64,000 nt of DNA, taken from positions 461-64,460 of the forward strand of contig CAZFIU010000022.1 of assembly GCA_964519455.1 (NCBI GenBank). The letters are read 5' to 3'. Shown here piece by piece: positions 53,397-63,271 of this stretch. Source of the stretch: an uncultured Syntrophobacterales bacterium. Its GTDB lineage: Bacteria > Desulfobacterota > Binatia > UBA9968 > JAJDTQ01. Position numbers and translations under genes: made by a program. The notes under the pieces are model-generated. The model saw nothing but the letters and a program-made list of their open reading frames with translations. It ran no database searches and was not told where the DNA came from. The stretch's first letter is position 1. Each line of letters begins with the position of its first letter.

Positions 53397-55973
53397 CTAC
53401 CAGTTCATGCCGGCGCTCAGCATGACACCCTGGTTGCTCGAGCCCCGGGCCGGGTCGTCGTGCACGCCTTCCAGGCTCATGGCGATCCACGATCCTGCCT
53501 TGAACCGCCCGCCCAGGCTGAGCCGCCGTGACCCCGCCTCGGAGAGCGACACGTCGGTGTAGGGCGTGAGCACACCCCGGCCGCCCCACCCGGTGCCGAG
53601 ACCATAGGCGATCCGTGCATGGACCCGCCCCGTTCGGTCCTCCGCCGCCAAGCCCCCGGCCCCGCTGTTCCACAAGCGCCGCACGCCCCCCGCCGTCTGC
53701 CCCCACGCCGGGCGCAGGCTCACCGCGAACCCGCGGCCCGCCTCCCCCGGATCGAGCCGCACCAGTCCGCTCACCCCCCACTCCTCGTAATCCTCGCCGT
53801 GGGCGAACAGCGTCCGCGCCCGGCCTTCCAGCGTCAGCCCCGACGCCGCGTCCGCAACGCGCAACCCACCTCCGGTCTCGACACTGCCGCCCGTGTCCCC
53901 GTCCCCGCCGTCGTAGCGCATGCCCACCTCGATGGACGGCGTGAACACGGCCCCCGACGCGAGTTTCCGCTCGTGCACCCATTCCAGCATCAGCCGCTGC
54001 CGGCTGGCGCTCAACGTCGTTTCCTCGAGACTCCCGGAGCCTTCGATGTCCGCCCACGAAAACGCCGCCTCGCCTTTCAGTCGCAGGTTCGTGGTCCCGC
54101 CCCCGATCATCTCATCGCCGGACATCAGAGGCCCGCTCACGCCCACCGCCACCATCCGCTGGGTCAGGTCGCTCGCCTGCGTGCCCTCCGACTCGTCGAG
54201 ATCCACCTCGCCCCAGCCATAGCCCACCGTGACCCACAGGTTCATGCCCCCCGAGGACTGCCAGCCCACATAGGGGTTGACGCTCGTCAGGGTCGTGGCG
54301 GACTCTCCGCCCGCCCCCGCGGCCGTGTAGTCCACGGTGCCTCGCGACCACGCCAGCGACACCCCCGCCAGCACCTCCTCGCTCAGCCTCGTGTCCACCC
54401 CGAGGTTGGCGCTCACCACGTTGCCGTGGTAGTCCACGGTCTCCGCGTTGCCGCCCGAGAAGTTGCGGTAGTCGCCCCCTCCCCAGAACGCGAGGTTCCC
54501 CAGCAGGCCACCGCCTCCAGTGCGCGCCGCGTTGAGCGGCAGGGTGAAGGACGAGCCCGCGAGCAACCGGCCGAGGTCGAACGTGCCGTTCCGCAGTGAC
54601 CGCGCGCTGGTCAGAAGGACGTCGGGAAACGTCGATGCGGCGCCGAGCTTGAACCCCTGGGCCGGCGCGGTGCCGGCGGCGGCCTGCCGGATACGGCCCG
54701 AGACGGCGTCGACGGTGCCGGCGGTCATGGCCCGCATGACCTGGGGCAGCACCGACTTCACGGCCGTGTTCCGGCGCGCGGCCACCACGTTGGGTGAGCT
54801 CCGGTAGAAACCCGAACCGACGATGAAGTTGAGTGGACGTGTTCCGCCTTGCCACTCGACTTCACCTGTGAACACTCTTGCATAGCCTGTCTTGGGTATC
54901 TCGGCGCTGTCGGTGTCGTCCGTGGGATCGTCGAAGTGGTATTGCCAGAAGCCGCCTTCCGGACTACTGTCCGCCGCGGCGAAGACCTGGTCCGCGATGC
55001 GTACCCCGGTCACGGCGTCTACGGAAATTCCCGGCTGCCGCAACTCGAACCGGTCCGGATCCGCCCCGTGAAACAGGATCGTGTCGGAGATGCGATCGAT
55101 GACGAAGAGGTACACGTTGCCGTGTCGCCAGGGCCCGTTCGTATCCCGCAAGGCAATGAACGCTTCCGCGCTGGCGGCCGGATCTCCGCTCTGCAGGAGT
55201 TCGATAATGTAATTCCCCGCTTCCGTGACGAAGGCCTTCAACGTTCCGCGGTCCACCACGTCGCTGGCGGTAGTGGCCGGGTCGCCGTAATCGATTTGTT
55301 CCGAAGACAAGGGAACCAGGTGCGACTCGCCGAGATCGAAGCCGGCAAGCGCCACGAAGGGGAGTCCCCCATAGGCGGCCGAGACATAGGAGCTGGCATG
55401 GCCGGCGGCGCCCGGTACGGCGTCCGTTCCATCAAACGGAGCGTCCGGTGCTTGTGACAATGTGGCAATGAAGGCGGCTTGAGCGCGCCCGGCGGTGGCA
55501 GGGTCGGGAGACCTCAAGTCGGCCAGGACTGTCCGAGGGACTCCCAGCGCGGAGAGGATCGCCCCATGGATCGACGGGTGGAGGCGCCTGCCCGTCAGCG
55601 CCATGTCCTTCGTATGCAGGAACAGCCTGCCGTCGGCCGACAGTACCACGACGTAGGTGGAACCGGCACGCCAAGGGCTCCCCTCCTGCCTCAGGAGACA
55701 CGAGAAGTACAGGAACGGCCCGAGATCCGCCGACTCGTTCTGCTCCCTGAACTGCGCCGTCACGGCCATAGCGAAGTCCCTCAGACTGCCGCCGTCTTCC
55801 ACCTGTTGCGCGGTCACGGGCGGGGACGGAGGAGCCGTCACGCCGTCAGGGAGCGGACAAGCCTCTCCCGGCTGCGCCATGACCGGAGACGCACCGGCAA
55901 AGACCCCCGCCAGCACCAGCAGGCCGGCACAAAGAACCATGACTATCGACGTGAACGACACTCCGGTCTTCAT
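53397..55973 (-). CDS. Autotransporter (type Va) with duplicated sensor-like passenger modules and a C-terminal beta-barrel
   Basis: Signal peptide (MKTGVSFTSIVMVLCAGLLVLAGVFAGASPVMA) and two similar modules (GPFLYFSCLLRQEGSPWRAGSTYVVVLS / GPWRHGNVYLFVIDRISDTILFHGAD). The Gly-rich beta-barrel ends in ...SAGMNW (aromatic terminal residue). Confidence 0.75.
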   Translation of the reverse strand: MKTGVSFTSIVMVLCAGLLVLAGVFAGASPVMAQPGEACPLPDGVTAPPSPPVTAQQVEDGGSLRDFAMAVTAQFREQNESADLGPFLYFSCLLRQEGSPWRAGSTYVVVLSADGRLFLHTKDMALTGRRLHPSIHGAILSALGVPRTVLADLRSPDPATAGRAQAAFIATLSQAPDAPFDGTDAVPGAAGHASSYVSAAYGGLPFVALAGFDLGESHLVPLSSEQIDYGDPATTASDVVDRGTLKAFVTEAGNYIIELLQSGDPAASAEAFIALRDTNGPWRHGNVYLFVIDRISDTILFHGADPDRFELRQPGISVDAVTGVRIADQVFAAADSSPEGGFWQYHFDDPTDDTDSAEIPKTGYARVFTGEVEWQGGTRPLNFIVGSGFYRSSPNVVAARRNTAVKSVLPQVMRAMTAGTVDAVSGRIRQAAAGTAPAQGFKLGAASTFPDVLLTSARSLRNGTFDLGRLLAGSSFTLPLNAARTGGGGLLGNLAFWGGGDYRNFSGGNAETVDYHGNVVSANLGVDTRLSEEVLAGVSLAWSRGTVDYTAAGAGGESATTLTSVNPYVGWQSSGGMNLWVTVGYGWGEVDLDESEGTQASDLTQRMVAVGVSGPLMSGDEMIGGGTTNLRLKGEAAFSWADIEGSGSLEETTLSASRQRLMLEWVHERKLASGAVFTPSIEVGMRYDGGDGDTGGSVETGGGLRVADAASGLTLEGRARTLFAHGEDYEEWGVSGLVRLDPGEAGRGFAVSLRPAWGQTAGGVRRLWNSGAGGLAAEDRTGRVHARIAYGLGTGWGGRGVLTPYTDVSLSEAGSRRLSLGGRFKAGSWIAMSLEGVHDDPARGSSNQGVMLSAGMNW

Positions 55974-56079
55974 TCCGAGGCTCCTCCTGCCTGGTAGGCC
56001 GATGGGACCCGCGAACAAGCTCGAGAAAATAAAGAGCGCCTTGCTACGCGTTGACTCTTGAAACCGCGTTTGCAGGGAG

Positions 56080-56400
56080 TCAGGCGGTGCCCGGTTGCCG
56101 TGACGCCGCCATCACTCCGGCCCGTTCGTCGCCCGGATTGACGATGAAGGCTTCGCCGCGCGTGAAGAAGTCGCGGACCAGGGCGACGAACCGTTCGGGC
56201 TGGTCCACTTCGATGTTGTGGCCGGCGTCGTAGACGTAGACCAGCTTGGCGTGGGGGATCTCCCGCGCCAGGAGTTGTCCGCTCTCGGGCGGCATCATGC
56301 CGTCCTTGGTTCCCTGCAAGACCAGGGTCTGCTGCTCGAACTCGGCACCTTGGTGTCGATCCCCGCGCGGAAAATCCGCACGCCGGTCTCGTCCGTCACT
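56080..56400 (-). pseudogene. 3' remnant of an alpha/beta-hydrolase gene (C-terminal roughly 75-100 aa only)
   Basis: ...TLVLQGTKDGMMPPESGQLLAREIPHAKLVYVYDAGHNIEVDQPERFVALVRDFF is the canonical C-terminal end of the alpha/beta-hydrolase fold. The upstream coding space is occupied by serS on the same strand. Confidence 0.45.
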
Positions 56401-56472
56401 TCGGTGCCGCGAGTATATTCACGGCTTGCGCTCGAATACAACCCAGAACCGTTCCCGTGGACCAGGATACTC

Positions 56473-56526
56473 CGGCGGTTCGAACCGCCGAGTCGGGAGC
56501 GGTTAACTGTTCCCGTTCCGGAACGG
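56473..56526. other. Two adjacent perfect palindromic hairpins (ggcggttcgaaccgcc and ccgttccggaacgg) downstream of serS
   Basis: Seen in the sequence. They are T-arm-like (GGTTCGAAC) but I could not fold a full tRNA around them, and there is no U-tract. Confidence 0.3.
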
Positions 56527-56623
56527 GCGGCGGGCGATTCCGAAATGGACGGCCCTCTATTCCGATTTGGACGGTGTCCCGCTTGGGCTGAACCTTCAAG
56601 GAGGCCCGAGTGAGGCCGTGGGC

Positions 56624-57898
<1,275 letters not shown>

Positions 57899-57964
57899 TC
57901 ATCCCTTCCGATGGAGCGTACGCCATTCCACTTGAGAACAGTCCCCACCACCGCCTGCCTGCGA

Positions 57965-58100
57965 ACCATTCCCGCTTTACCCACCTACGACTCGCCCTCC
58001 CTACCACCGAGGCATTCCCTCCCTACCACCTTCGAGTCATTCCCGCGGAAGCTTGCCCTCGACCCCGATCGGGGGCGGGAATCCAGGGGTTGGGGAGGGG
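57965..58100. repeat. MITE/REP-like element, copy 7 (partial; variant hairpin with a long loop)
   Basis: Contains gagtcattcccgcggaagcttgccctcgaccccgatcgggggcgggaatccagggg, the same loop insertion seen in copy 3. Confidence 0.7.
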
Positions 58101-58111
58101 AGCGCATCGCC

Positions 58112-58483
58112 CTACGGCTCCGAGAAATCGAACGCATGCCGCACGTGGCGCACCGCCGGCGGGTCCGAGCGCAACGAAATGCCGACCACGTCGAACTGCA
58201 CGTCCCGGTCATGCAAGTGATGTCTGTTGAGATAGTGCAGCGCGGCGCGCTTCAACCGCCGCTGCTTGGCGCCGTTGACCGATTCCAGCGGCGCCCCCGA
58301 CGTGTCCACCCTGCGGGTCTTCACCTCCACGAACACCACGGCGCGCTTGTCCAGTGCGATCAGGTCGATCTCGCCCAACGGGCACCGATAGTTGCGCTCG
58401 ACGATGGCATAGCCCTGGCGCTTGAGGTAACGTTCGGCGAGTTCTTCCCCCGCCTTGCCCATAGACTGCCGCGGATCACTCAT
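58112..58483 (-). CDS. yraN: YraN-family protein (UPF0102, predicted endonuclease)
   Basis: ...GEELAERYLKRQGYAIVERNYRCPLGEIDLIALDKRAVVFVEVKTRR... is the family pattern. Confidence 0.8.
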   Translation of the reverse strand: MSDPRQSMGKAGEELAERYLKRQGYAIVERNYRCPLGEIDLIALDKRAVVFVEVKTRRVDTSGAPLESVNGAKQRRLKRAALHYLNRHHLHDRDVQFDVVGISLRSDPPAVRHVRHAFDFSEP

Positions 58484-58569
58484 TCCTCATTTTGTGGCAC
58501 CTGAGAGCGGCACCGGCAAGCCTTGTCCTCAGGATTCGCCGAACTGCGCTTGAATACGCGAGGGCACCG

Positions 58570-58695
58570 AGGCCCGGAACCGTCATTCCCGCGGAACAGG
58601 GTGTGTCAGAACCCCGCTCAAGCAGGAGACAGCACGGCCCCCCCCCCCCCCGAAACGTCATTCCCGCGGAAGCGGGAATCCAGGCGGGATGGGCT
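58570..58695 (+). repeat. MITE/REP-like element, copy 8 (left half plus hairpin 1), containing a 13-nt poly-C tract
   Basis: Contains gtcattcccgcggaacagggtgtgtcagaaccccgctc...ggC13gaaacgtcattcccgcggaagcgggaatccaggcggg. Homologous spacers in other copies carry only 4-6 C. Confidence 0.8.
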
Positions 58696-59428
58696 GGGGA
58701 TAGTGCCCCGGGCTGTGCCGTTCCGCCGACTCCCGGACGGGCTTGAAGCTCCGCCGGTGGACGGGACAGGGACCGTAACGGTCAAGGGCCGCGGAGTGGC
58801 GGCGGCTGCGGTAGCCCTTGTGGCTGGCGAACCCGTACTCCGGATACGCGGCGTCCAGCTCCACCATCATGCGGTCCCGCGCCACCTTGGCGATGATGGA
58901 CGCGGCCGCGATGGAGAAGCACACCCGATCGCCCCCCTTGATGGTGCGTTGCGCCGGCGGCGCAACGCGGCAACCATCCCCCTCCAGGAAGCTGGCGGTG
59001 GGAATGCCGTAGGGTCCGTCGATCATGAGAAAGTCCGGCGCGACTTCCAGGCCCCGGACCGCCCGCGCCATGGCCAGCAGGCTCGCGCGCAGGATGTTGA
59101 GGCGGTCGATCTCGCCCGGATCGGCCACCCCCACGGCCCAGGCAGCCGATCGGTCCCGGATCCATCCGGCCAGACGCTCGCGCTTCCTGGGCGTCAGCAG
59201 CTTGGAGTCCTTGATGTCGGGATTGAAGACGCCGGGCTCGAACACCACCGCCGCGGCCACCACCGGCCCCGCCAGCGGGCCGCGCCCGACCTCGTCCACG
59301 CCGGCGACGTGCCGGAAGCCGCGCGCGAGCGCGTCCATTTCAAAAACGGTGCCGTCGGGTCCGCGGGGCTCCGGCGCGAGCAGCCGTCCGGGACGGGAGG
59401 TTGTAGAGGGAGTTCGTTTGCCGCGCAT
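58658..59428 (-). CDS. rnhB: Ribonuclease HII (3' end runs about 20 codons into repeat copy 8)
   Basis: The core motif GVDEVGRGPLAGPVV and ...SIIAKVARDRMMVELD... are present. The C-terminal tail ...PIPPGFPLPRE is the translation of the repeat. An alternative start MDALARGF lies 90 nt downstream. Confidence 0.85.
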   Translation of the reverse strand: MRGKRTPSTTSRPGRLLAPEPRGPDGTVFEMDALARGFRHVAGVDEVGRGPLAGPVVAAAVVFEPGVFNPDIKDSKLLTPRKRERLAGWIRDRSAAWAVGVADPGEIDRLNILRASLLAMARAVRGLEVAPDFLMIDGPYGIPTASFLEGDGCRVAPPAQRTIKGGDRVCFSIAAASIIAKVARDRMMVELDAAYPEYGFASHKGYRSRRHSAALDRYGPCPVHRRSFKPVRESAERHSPGHYPQPIPPGFPLPRE

Positions 59429-59453
59429 TCGACCCGCATGATAAGAAATCGGC

Positions 59454-59741
59454 GTGAAAATCACCAGCGAAGAGGTCCGGCATGTCGCCACCCTCGCCCG
59501 CCTTGACCTCTCTCGGGACGAGCAGGAACGGCTGGCCGGCGAGCTCGACCGCATCCTCGAGTACATGGACAAGCTCAACGAGCTCGACACCGACGGCGTC
59601 GAGCCCCTGTCCCACGCGGTGGACGTGGTCAACGTCCTGCGCCCGGACCGGGTCGTCAACCAGCCGCGCACCGAGGACCTGCTGCGCAACGCCCCCGCCC
59701 GGGACGACGACTTCCTGAGCGTCCCCAAGATCATCGAATGA
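59454..59741 (+). CDS. gatC: Asp-tRNA(Asn)/Glu-tRNA(Gln) amidotransferase subunit C
   Basis: 95 aa (MKITSEEVRHVATLARLDLSRDEQERLAGELDRILEYMDKLNELDTDGVEPL). Confidence 0.9.
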   Translation: MKITSEEVRHVATLARLDLSRDEQERLAGELDRILEYMDKLNELDTDGVEPLSHAVDVVNVLRPDRVVNQPRTEDLLRNAPARDDDFLSVPKIIE

Positions 59742-59837
59742 CGGTTCACGACCTCCGCGATGCTCTGATCGATCGCCGTCCTGATCGGTCCAGTCTCCGT
59801 TCGTCCTGAGCGTAGCGGAGCGAAGTCGAAGGACGCC

Positions 59838-61322
59838 ATGACCACCGATCCGTGTTTCCTCGGCATCCATGAACTGCACGACCGGCTGTGCCGCCGCGAA
59901 CTGAGCGCCGTCGAGTTGGCGGAAGCGCTGTTCGGGCGCATCGACGCCACCGACCACGCCATCGGCGCCTACCTCGCCGTGTCACGCGAGCAAGGCATGG
60001 AGGCCGCGCGCCGGGCGGATGCGCGCTTCGCCGCGGGCGACGTGTCGTCGAAGCTGCTCGGCATTCCCGTGGCGCTCAAGGACGTGCTCCTCACCGACGG
60101 TGTCGCCACCACGTGCGCATCCAGGATCCTGAATGGGTTCACACCGCCCTACGACGGCACCGCGGTGCGCCGCCTCAAGGACGCTGGGGCCGTGCCCCTG
60201 GGCAAGACCAACATGGACGAGTTCGCCATGGGCTCCTCCAGCGAGAACTCCGGCTACGCCATCACCCGCAACCCCTGGAACCTCGACCACGTGCCGGGCG
60301 GCTCCTCCGGCGGTTCCGCCGCCGCGGTGGCCGCCGGCCAGTGCATCGCCGCGCTGGGGACGGACACCGGCGGGTCCATCCGCCAGCCGGCGTCGTTCTG
60401 CGGCATCGTCGGGCTCAAGCCCACCTATGGGCGGGTGAGCCGGTACGGCGTAGTGGCGTATGCGTCCTCGCTGGACCAGGTGGGCCCCATGACCCGGGAC
60501 GTCACCGACTGCGCGCTGGTGCTCCAGGCCATCGCCGGCCACGACCCCGCGGACTCCACCTCGGGGGACGTGCCCGTGCCCGACTACGCCGCGGCGTTGA
60601 CCGGCGACGTCAAGGGAATGCGTATCGGCGTGCCCCGGGAATTCTTCGCGACCGGGCTCCAGCCCGACGTGGAACAGGCGGTGCGGCAAGCCATCCGGGA
60701 ACTGGAGAAGGCCGGCGCCGTGGTGATGGAGGTATCGCTCCCGCGGAACGATTACGCCGTGGCCGCCTACTACGTCATCGCCGCCGCCGAGGCCAGCTCC
60801 AACCTGGCGCGCTACGACGGCATGCGCTACGGCCCCCGCGCCGACGCCGGCGACCTCACCGCCACCTACATGAAGAGCCGCGCCCAGGGATTCGGAAAGG
60901 AAGTGAAACGGCGGATCATGCTCGGCACCTACGTGCTGTCCGCCGGCTACTACGACGCCTACTACCTCAAGGCGCAGAAGGTCAGAACGCTGCTCAAGCA
61001 GGACATGGAATCGGCCCTGAGCGGCTGCGACGCCATCGTCGCCCCCACCTGCCCCACCACCGCCTTCAAGCTCAACGAAATGACCCACGACCCGCTGCAG
61101 ATGTACCTGTCCGACATCCTCACCATCTCGGTGAACCTGGCGGGGCTCCCCGCGCTGTCAGTGCCGTGCGGCTTCGATACCGCTGGTCTGCCCATCGGCA
61201 TGCAGATCATCGGGAAGCACTTCGATGAGGCCACGGTGCTGCGACTGGGATACGCCTACGAGCAGGCGACGGAGTGGCATACGTGGAAGCCGGCGCTGCC
61301 GTTGCCGGCAACTTCCTCGTAA
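59838..61322 (+). CDS. gatA: Asp-tRNA(Asn)/Glu-tRNA(Gln) amidotransferase subunit A
   Basis: Amidase signature ([14 protein letters not shown]...[16 protein letters not shown]) in a 494-aa protein. Confidence 0.95.
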   Translation: MTTDPCFLGIHELHDRLCRRELSAVELAEALFGRIDATDHAIGAYLAVSREQGMEAARRADARFAAGDVSSKLLGIPVALKDVLLTDGVATTCASRILNGFTPPYDGTAVRRLKDAGAVPLGKTNMDEFAMGSSSENSGYAITRNPWNLDHVPGGSSGGSAAAVAAGQCIAALGTDTGGSIRQPASFCGIVGLKPTYGRVSRYGVVAYASSLDQVGPMTRDVTDCALVLQAIAGHDPADSTSGDVPVPDYAAALTGDVKGMRIGVPREFFATGLQPDVEQAVRQAIRELEKAGAVVMEVSLPRNDYAVAAYYVIAAAEASSNLARYDGMRYGPRADAGDLTATYMKSRAQGFGKEVKRRIMLGTYVLSAGYYDAYYLKAQKVRTLLKQDMESALSGCDAIVAPTCPTTAFKLNEMTHDPLQMYLSDILTISVNLAGLPALSVPCGFDTAGLPIGMQIIGKHFDEATVLRLGYAYEQATEWHTWKPALPLPATSS

Positions 61323-61339
61323 ATCTCCTCTGCGGTTCT

Positions 61340-61530
61340 CCGGGAATCGCCTCCGCCCCCTGCTAGTTACGGAATCCCGCTACCCCCCAACGAGTCATTC
61401 CCGCTTCCGCGGGAATGACTCGTTGGGGGGTAGCGGGATTCCATAACTAGCAGAAATCATCGAACAAGATTTTATTTTCGGATCAATGACGGTTCGAGGG
61501 GTGTCTGCTTACTGAAGTCATTGCATAATA
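61340..61530. repeat. MITE/REP-like element, copy 9, built around a 94-bp near-perfect palindrome (61360..61453)
   Basis: Sequence ctgctagttacggaatcccgctaccccccaacgagtcattcccgc-ttcc-gcgggaatgactcgttggggggtagcgggattccataactagcag (45-bp arms, 1 mismatch). It is followed by the family tail ...atcatcgaacaagattttattttcggatcaatgacggttcg... Confidence 0.85.
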
Positions 61531-61587
61531 TTCAATGACGGCAAGCCGTGGCGCGAATGAGCAGGTGAAGGCGCACGCGCACCGGGC

Positions 61588-62742
61588 TTACGCCGTACCC
61601 AGTATCAGCGTCGCGTGCATGGCCAGGCTGCCGCCGTGGCCGCTGATGATGCCGGCCTTGGCATCGGCCACCTGGCGCTCGGACTCGACCTCGTTGCCGC
61701 GGAGCTGGCGGGCGCCTTCGGTGAGGTGCAGCATGCCCTCCAGGTGCGCCTGGGACAGGAGGCCGCCGTGGGTGTTGAGGGGGATCTCGCCGCCGATGCC
61801 GATGCGGCCGTCCTTGACGAAGTCCTTGCCCTCGCCTTTCTCGCAGAAGCCATAGTCCTCCAGGGTGATCATGGCGGTGATGGTGAAGCAGTCGTACAAC
61901 TCGGCGAAGTCCATGTCCCTGGGCTCAAGGCCGGCCATGTCGTAGGCCATGCGCGAGGACTTGCGGCCGCCCAGAGTGGTGAGGGTGGGCGCGTCCAGCA
62001 GGCTGAAGTGGGGATGGTGTTGCCCCATGCCGAGGATCACCACCGGCGGCTTGGGGAAGTCCCTGGCGCGCTCCAGGCTGGTGACCAGGACGGCGCCGCC
62101 GCCATCGGATTCCAGCGAGCAGTCCAGCAGGTGCAATGGCGCGACGATCATGCGCGACTGCTGGTGGTCCTCCAGCGTGATGGGCTTCTTCATGGTGGCG
62201 TTGGAGTTGAGCGATGCGTGCCGGCGGGTGGAGATGGCGATCTCCGCCAGGTCCTCGCTGCGGGTGCCGAACTCGTACATGTGGCGCTGGGCGGCCAGCG
62301 CGTGGCCGGCGGCGGCGGCGAAGTGCCCCCAGGGCCGCTCCCAGTGCTCGTCGCCCCGGCGGATGGGGTAGCCGGGGGTGGCGTCGCCGGTGGAACGCTT
62401 GCGCGCGTGCACGCACACCACCGTGTGGCACATGCCCGCGTCGATGGCCATGACCGCGTGCTGCACCATGGCGATGGGCGTGGCGCCGCCGAGCGCCAGG
62501 TCGGTGGCGTACACCGGAGTGATGCCGGCCATGTGCGCCAGCCGCACGGCGTAGCTCCGGTGAGCGTCGTTCAGCGGCTGGTTGGTGACAAAGCCGTCCA
62601 CCGCGTCGCCGCGGATGCCCGCGTCGTCGAGACAGGCACGGATGGCTTCCAGGTGCAGCGAATGCGTGGTTCCGTCCGGACGCTTGCCCACCTGCGTCTC
62701 GCCCACGCCGACGATGGCGTACTTGCCTCCGAGATTGGCCAT
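61588..62742 (-). CDS. Thiolase-like protein (SCP-x / nonspecific lipid-transfer-protein-type thiolase)
   Basis: 384 aa with thiolase fold markers (IVGVGETQVGKRPDG, CHTVVCVHARK, NTHGGLLSQAHLEG). Confidence 0.85.
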   Translation of the reverse strand: MANLGGKYAIVGVGETQVGKRPDGTTHSLHLEAIRACLDDAGIRGDAVDGFVTNQPLNDAHRSYAVRLAHMAGITPVYATDLALGGATPIAMVQHAVMAIDAGMCHTVVCVHARKRSTGDATPGYPIRRGDEHWERPWGHFAAAAGHALAAQRHMYEFGTRSEDLAEIAISTRRHASLNSNATMKKPITLEDHQQSRMIVAPLHLLDCSLESDGGGAVLVTSLERARDFPKPPVVILGMGQHHPHFSLLDAPTLTTLGGRKSSRMAYDMAGLEPRDMDFAELYDCFTITAMITLEDYGFCEKGEGKDFVKDGRIGIGGEIPLNTHGGLLSQAHLEGMLHLTEGARQLRGNEVESERQVADAKAGIISGHGGSLAMHATLILGTA

Positions 62743-62869
62743 GCTTCCTCCTTGGCGGGGCGCAGCCCCTGCGCGGCAGAGTGATTCCGAATCCGTACCA
62801 GCAAAGGACGAATGGCGTCAAGAATGACCCTTTCCCCCGGGAGCCCAACCTGCCCGCCTGGACCCCCCG

Positions 62870-63215
62870 CTCTCCAGGCTGTGCCGAATCTCCGCTCCGA
62901 AGAGAAATGGTGTCACCCCCCGAGTCGTCATTCCGGCGAAACAAGGGTGTGCCAAGACTCCGCTCGGACACGAAACGGCACCACCCTCCCGAAACGTCAT
63001 TCCCGCGAAAGCGGGAATCCAGGCGGGGGAGGGCGGGGAATACGCCGATTGCCCCACCCCACCCCTGGATTCCCGCCTTCGCGGGAATGACGTTTCGGGG
63101 GACCTATGCCTATGAGTCTTGACGCAGCCTGTTTCGCGCGAATGACGACTCGTAGGATCCACACCTCGCAAGCTTCGACGCAGCCCTGTTGCGCGGGAAT
63201 GACGTATTCGGGCCG
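62870..63215 (+). repeat. MITE/REP-like palindromic element, copy 10 (most divergent; left module duplicated)
   Basis: Contains caggctgtgccgaatctccgctccg...ggtgtgccaagactccgctcggacacgaaacggcacc...gtcattcccgcgaaagcgggaatccaggcggg...cctggattcccgccttcgcgggaatgacg...tatgagtcttgacgcagcc...cttcgacgcagccctgttgcgcgggaatgacg. Confidence 0.8.
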
Positions 63216-63271
63216 TTGGCGCCAACCAGGCGCGATTGCGGCCCCACCGCCTTTCTGTTACCTGCCGGAGC

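Noticed and set aside
56473-56488. tRNA gene suggested by the GGTTCGAAC T-arm-like palindrome
   Set aside because: No acceptor, D or anticodon arms could be assembled around it on either strand. It is kept only as a hairpin or possible remnant.
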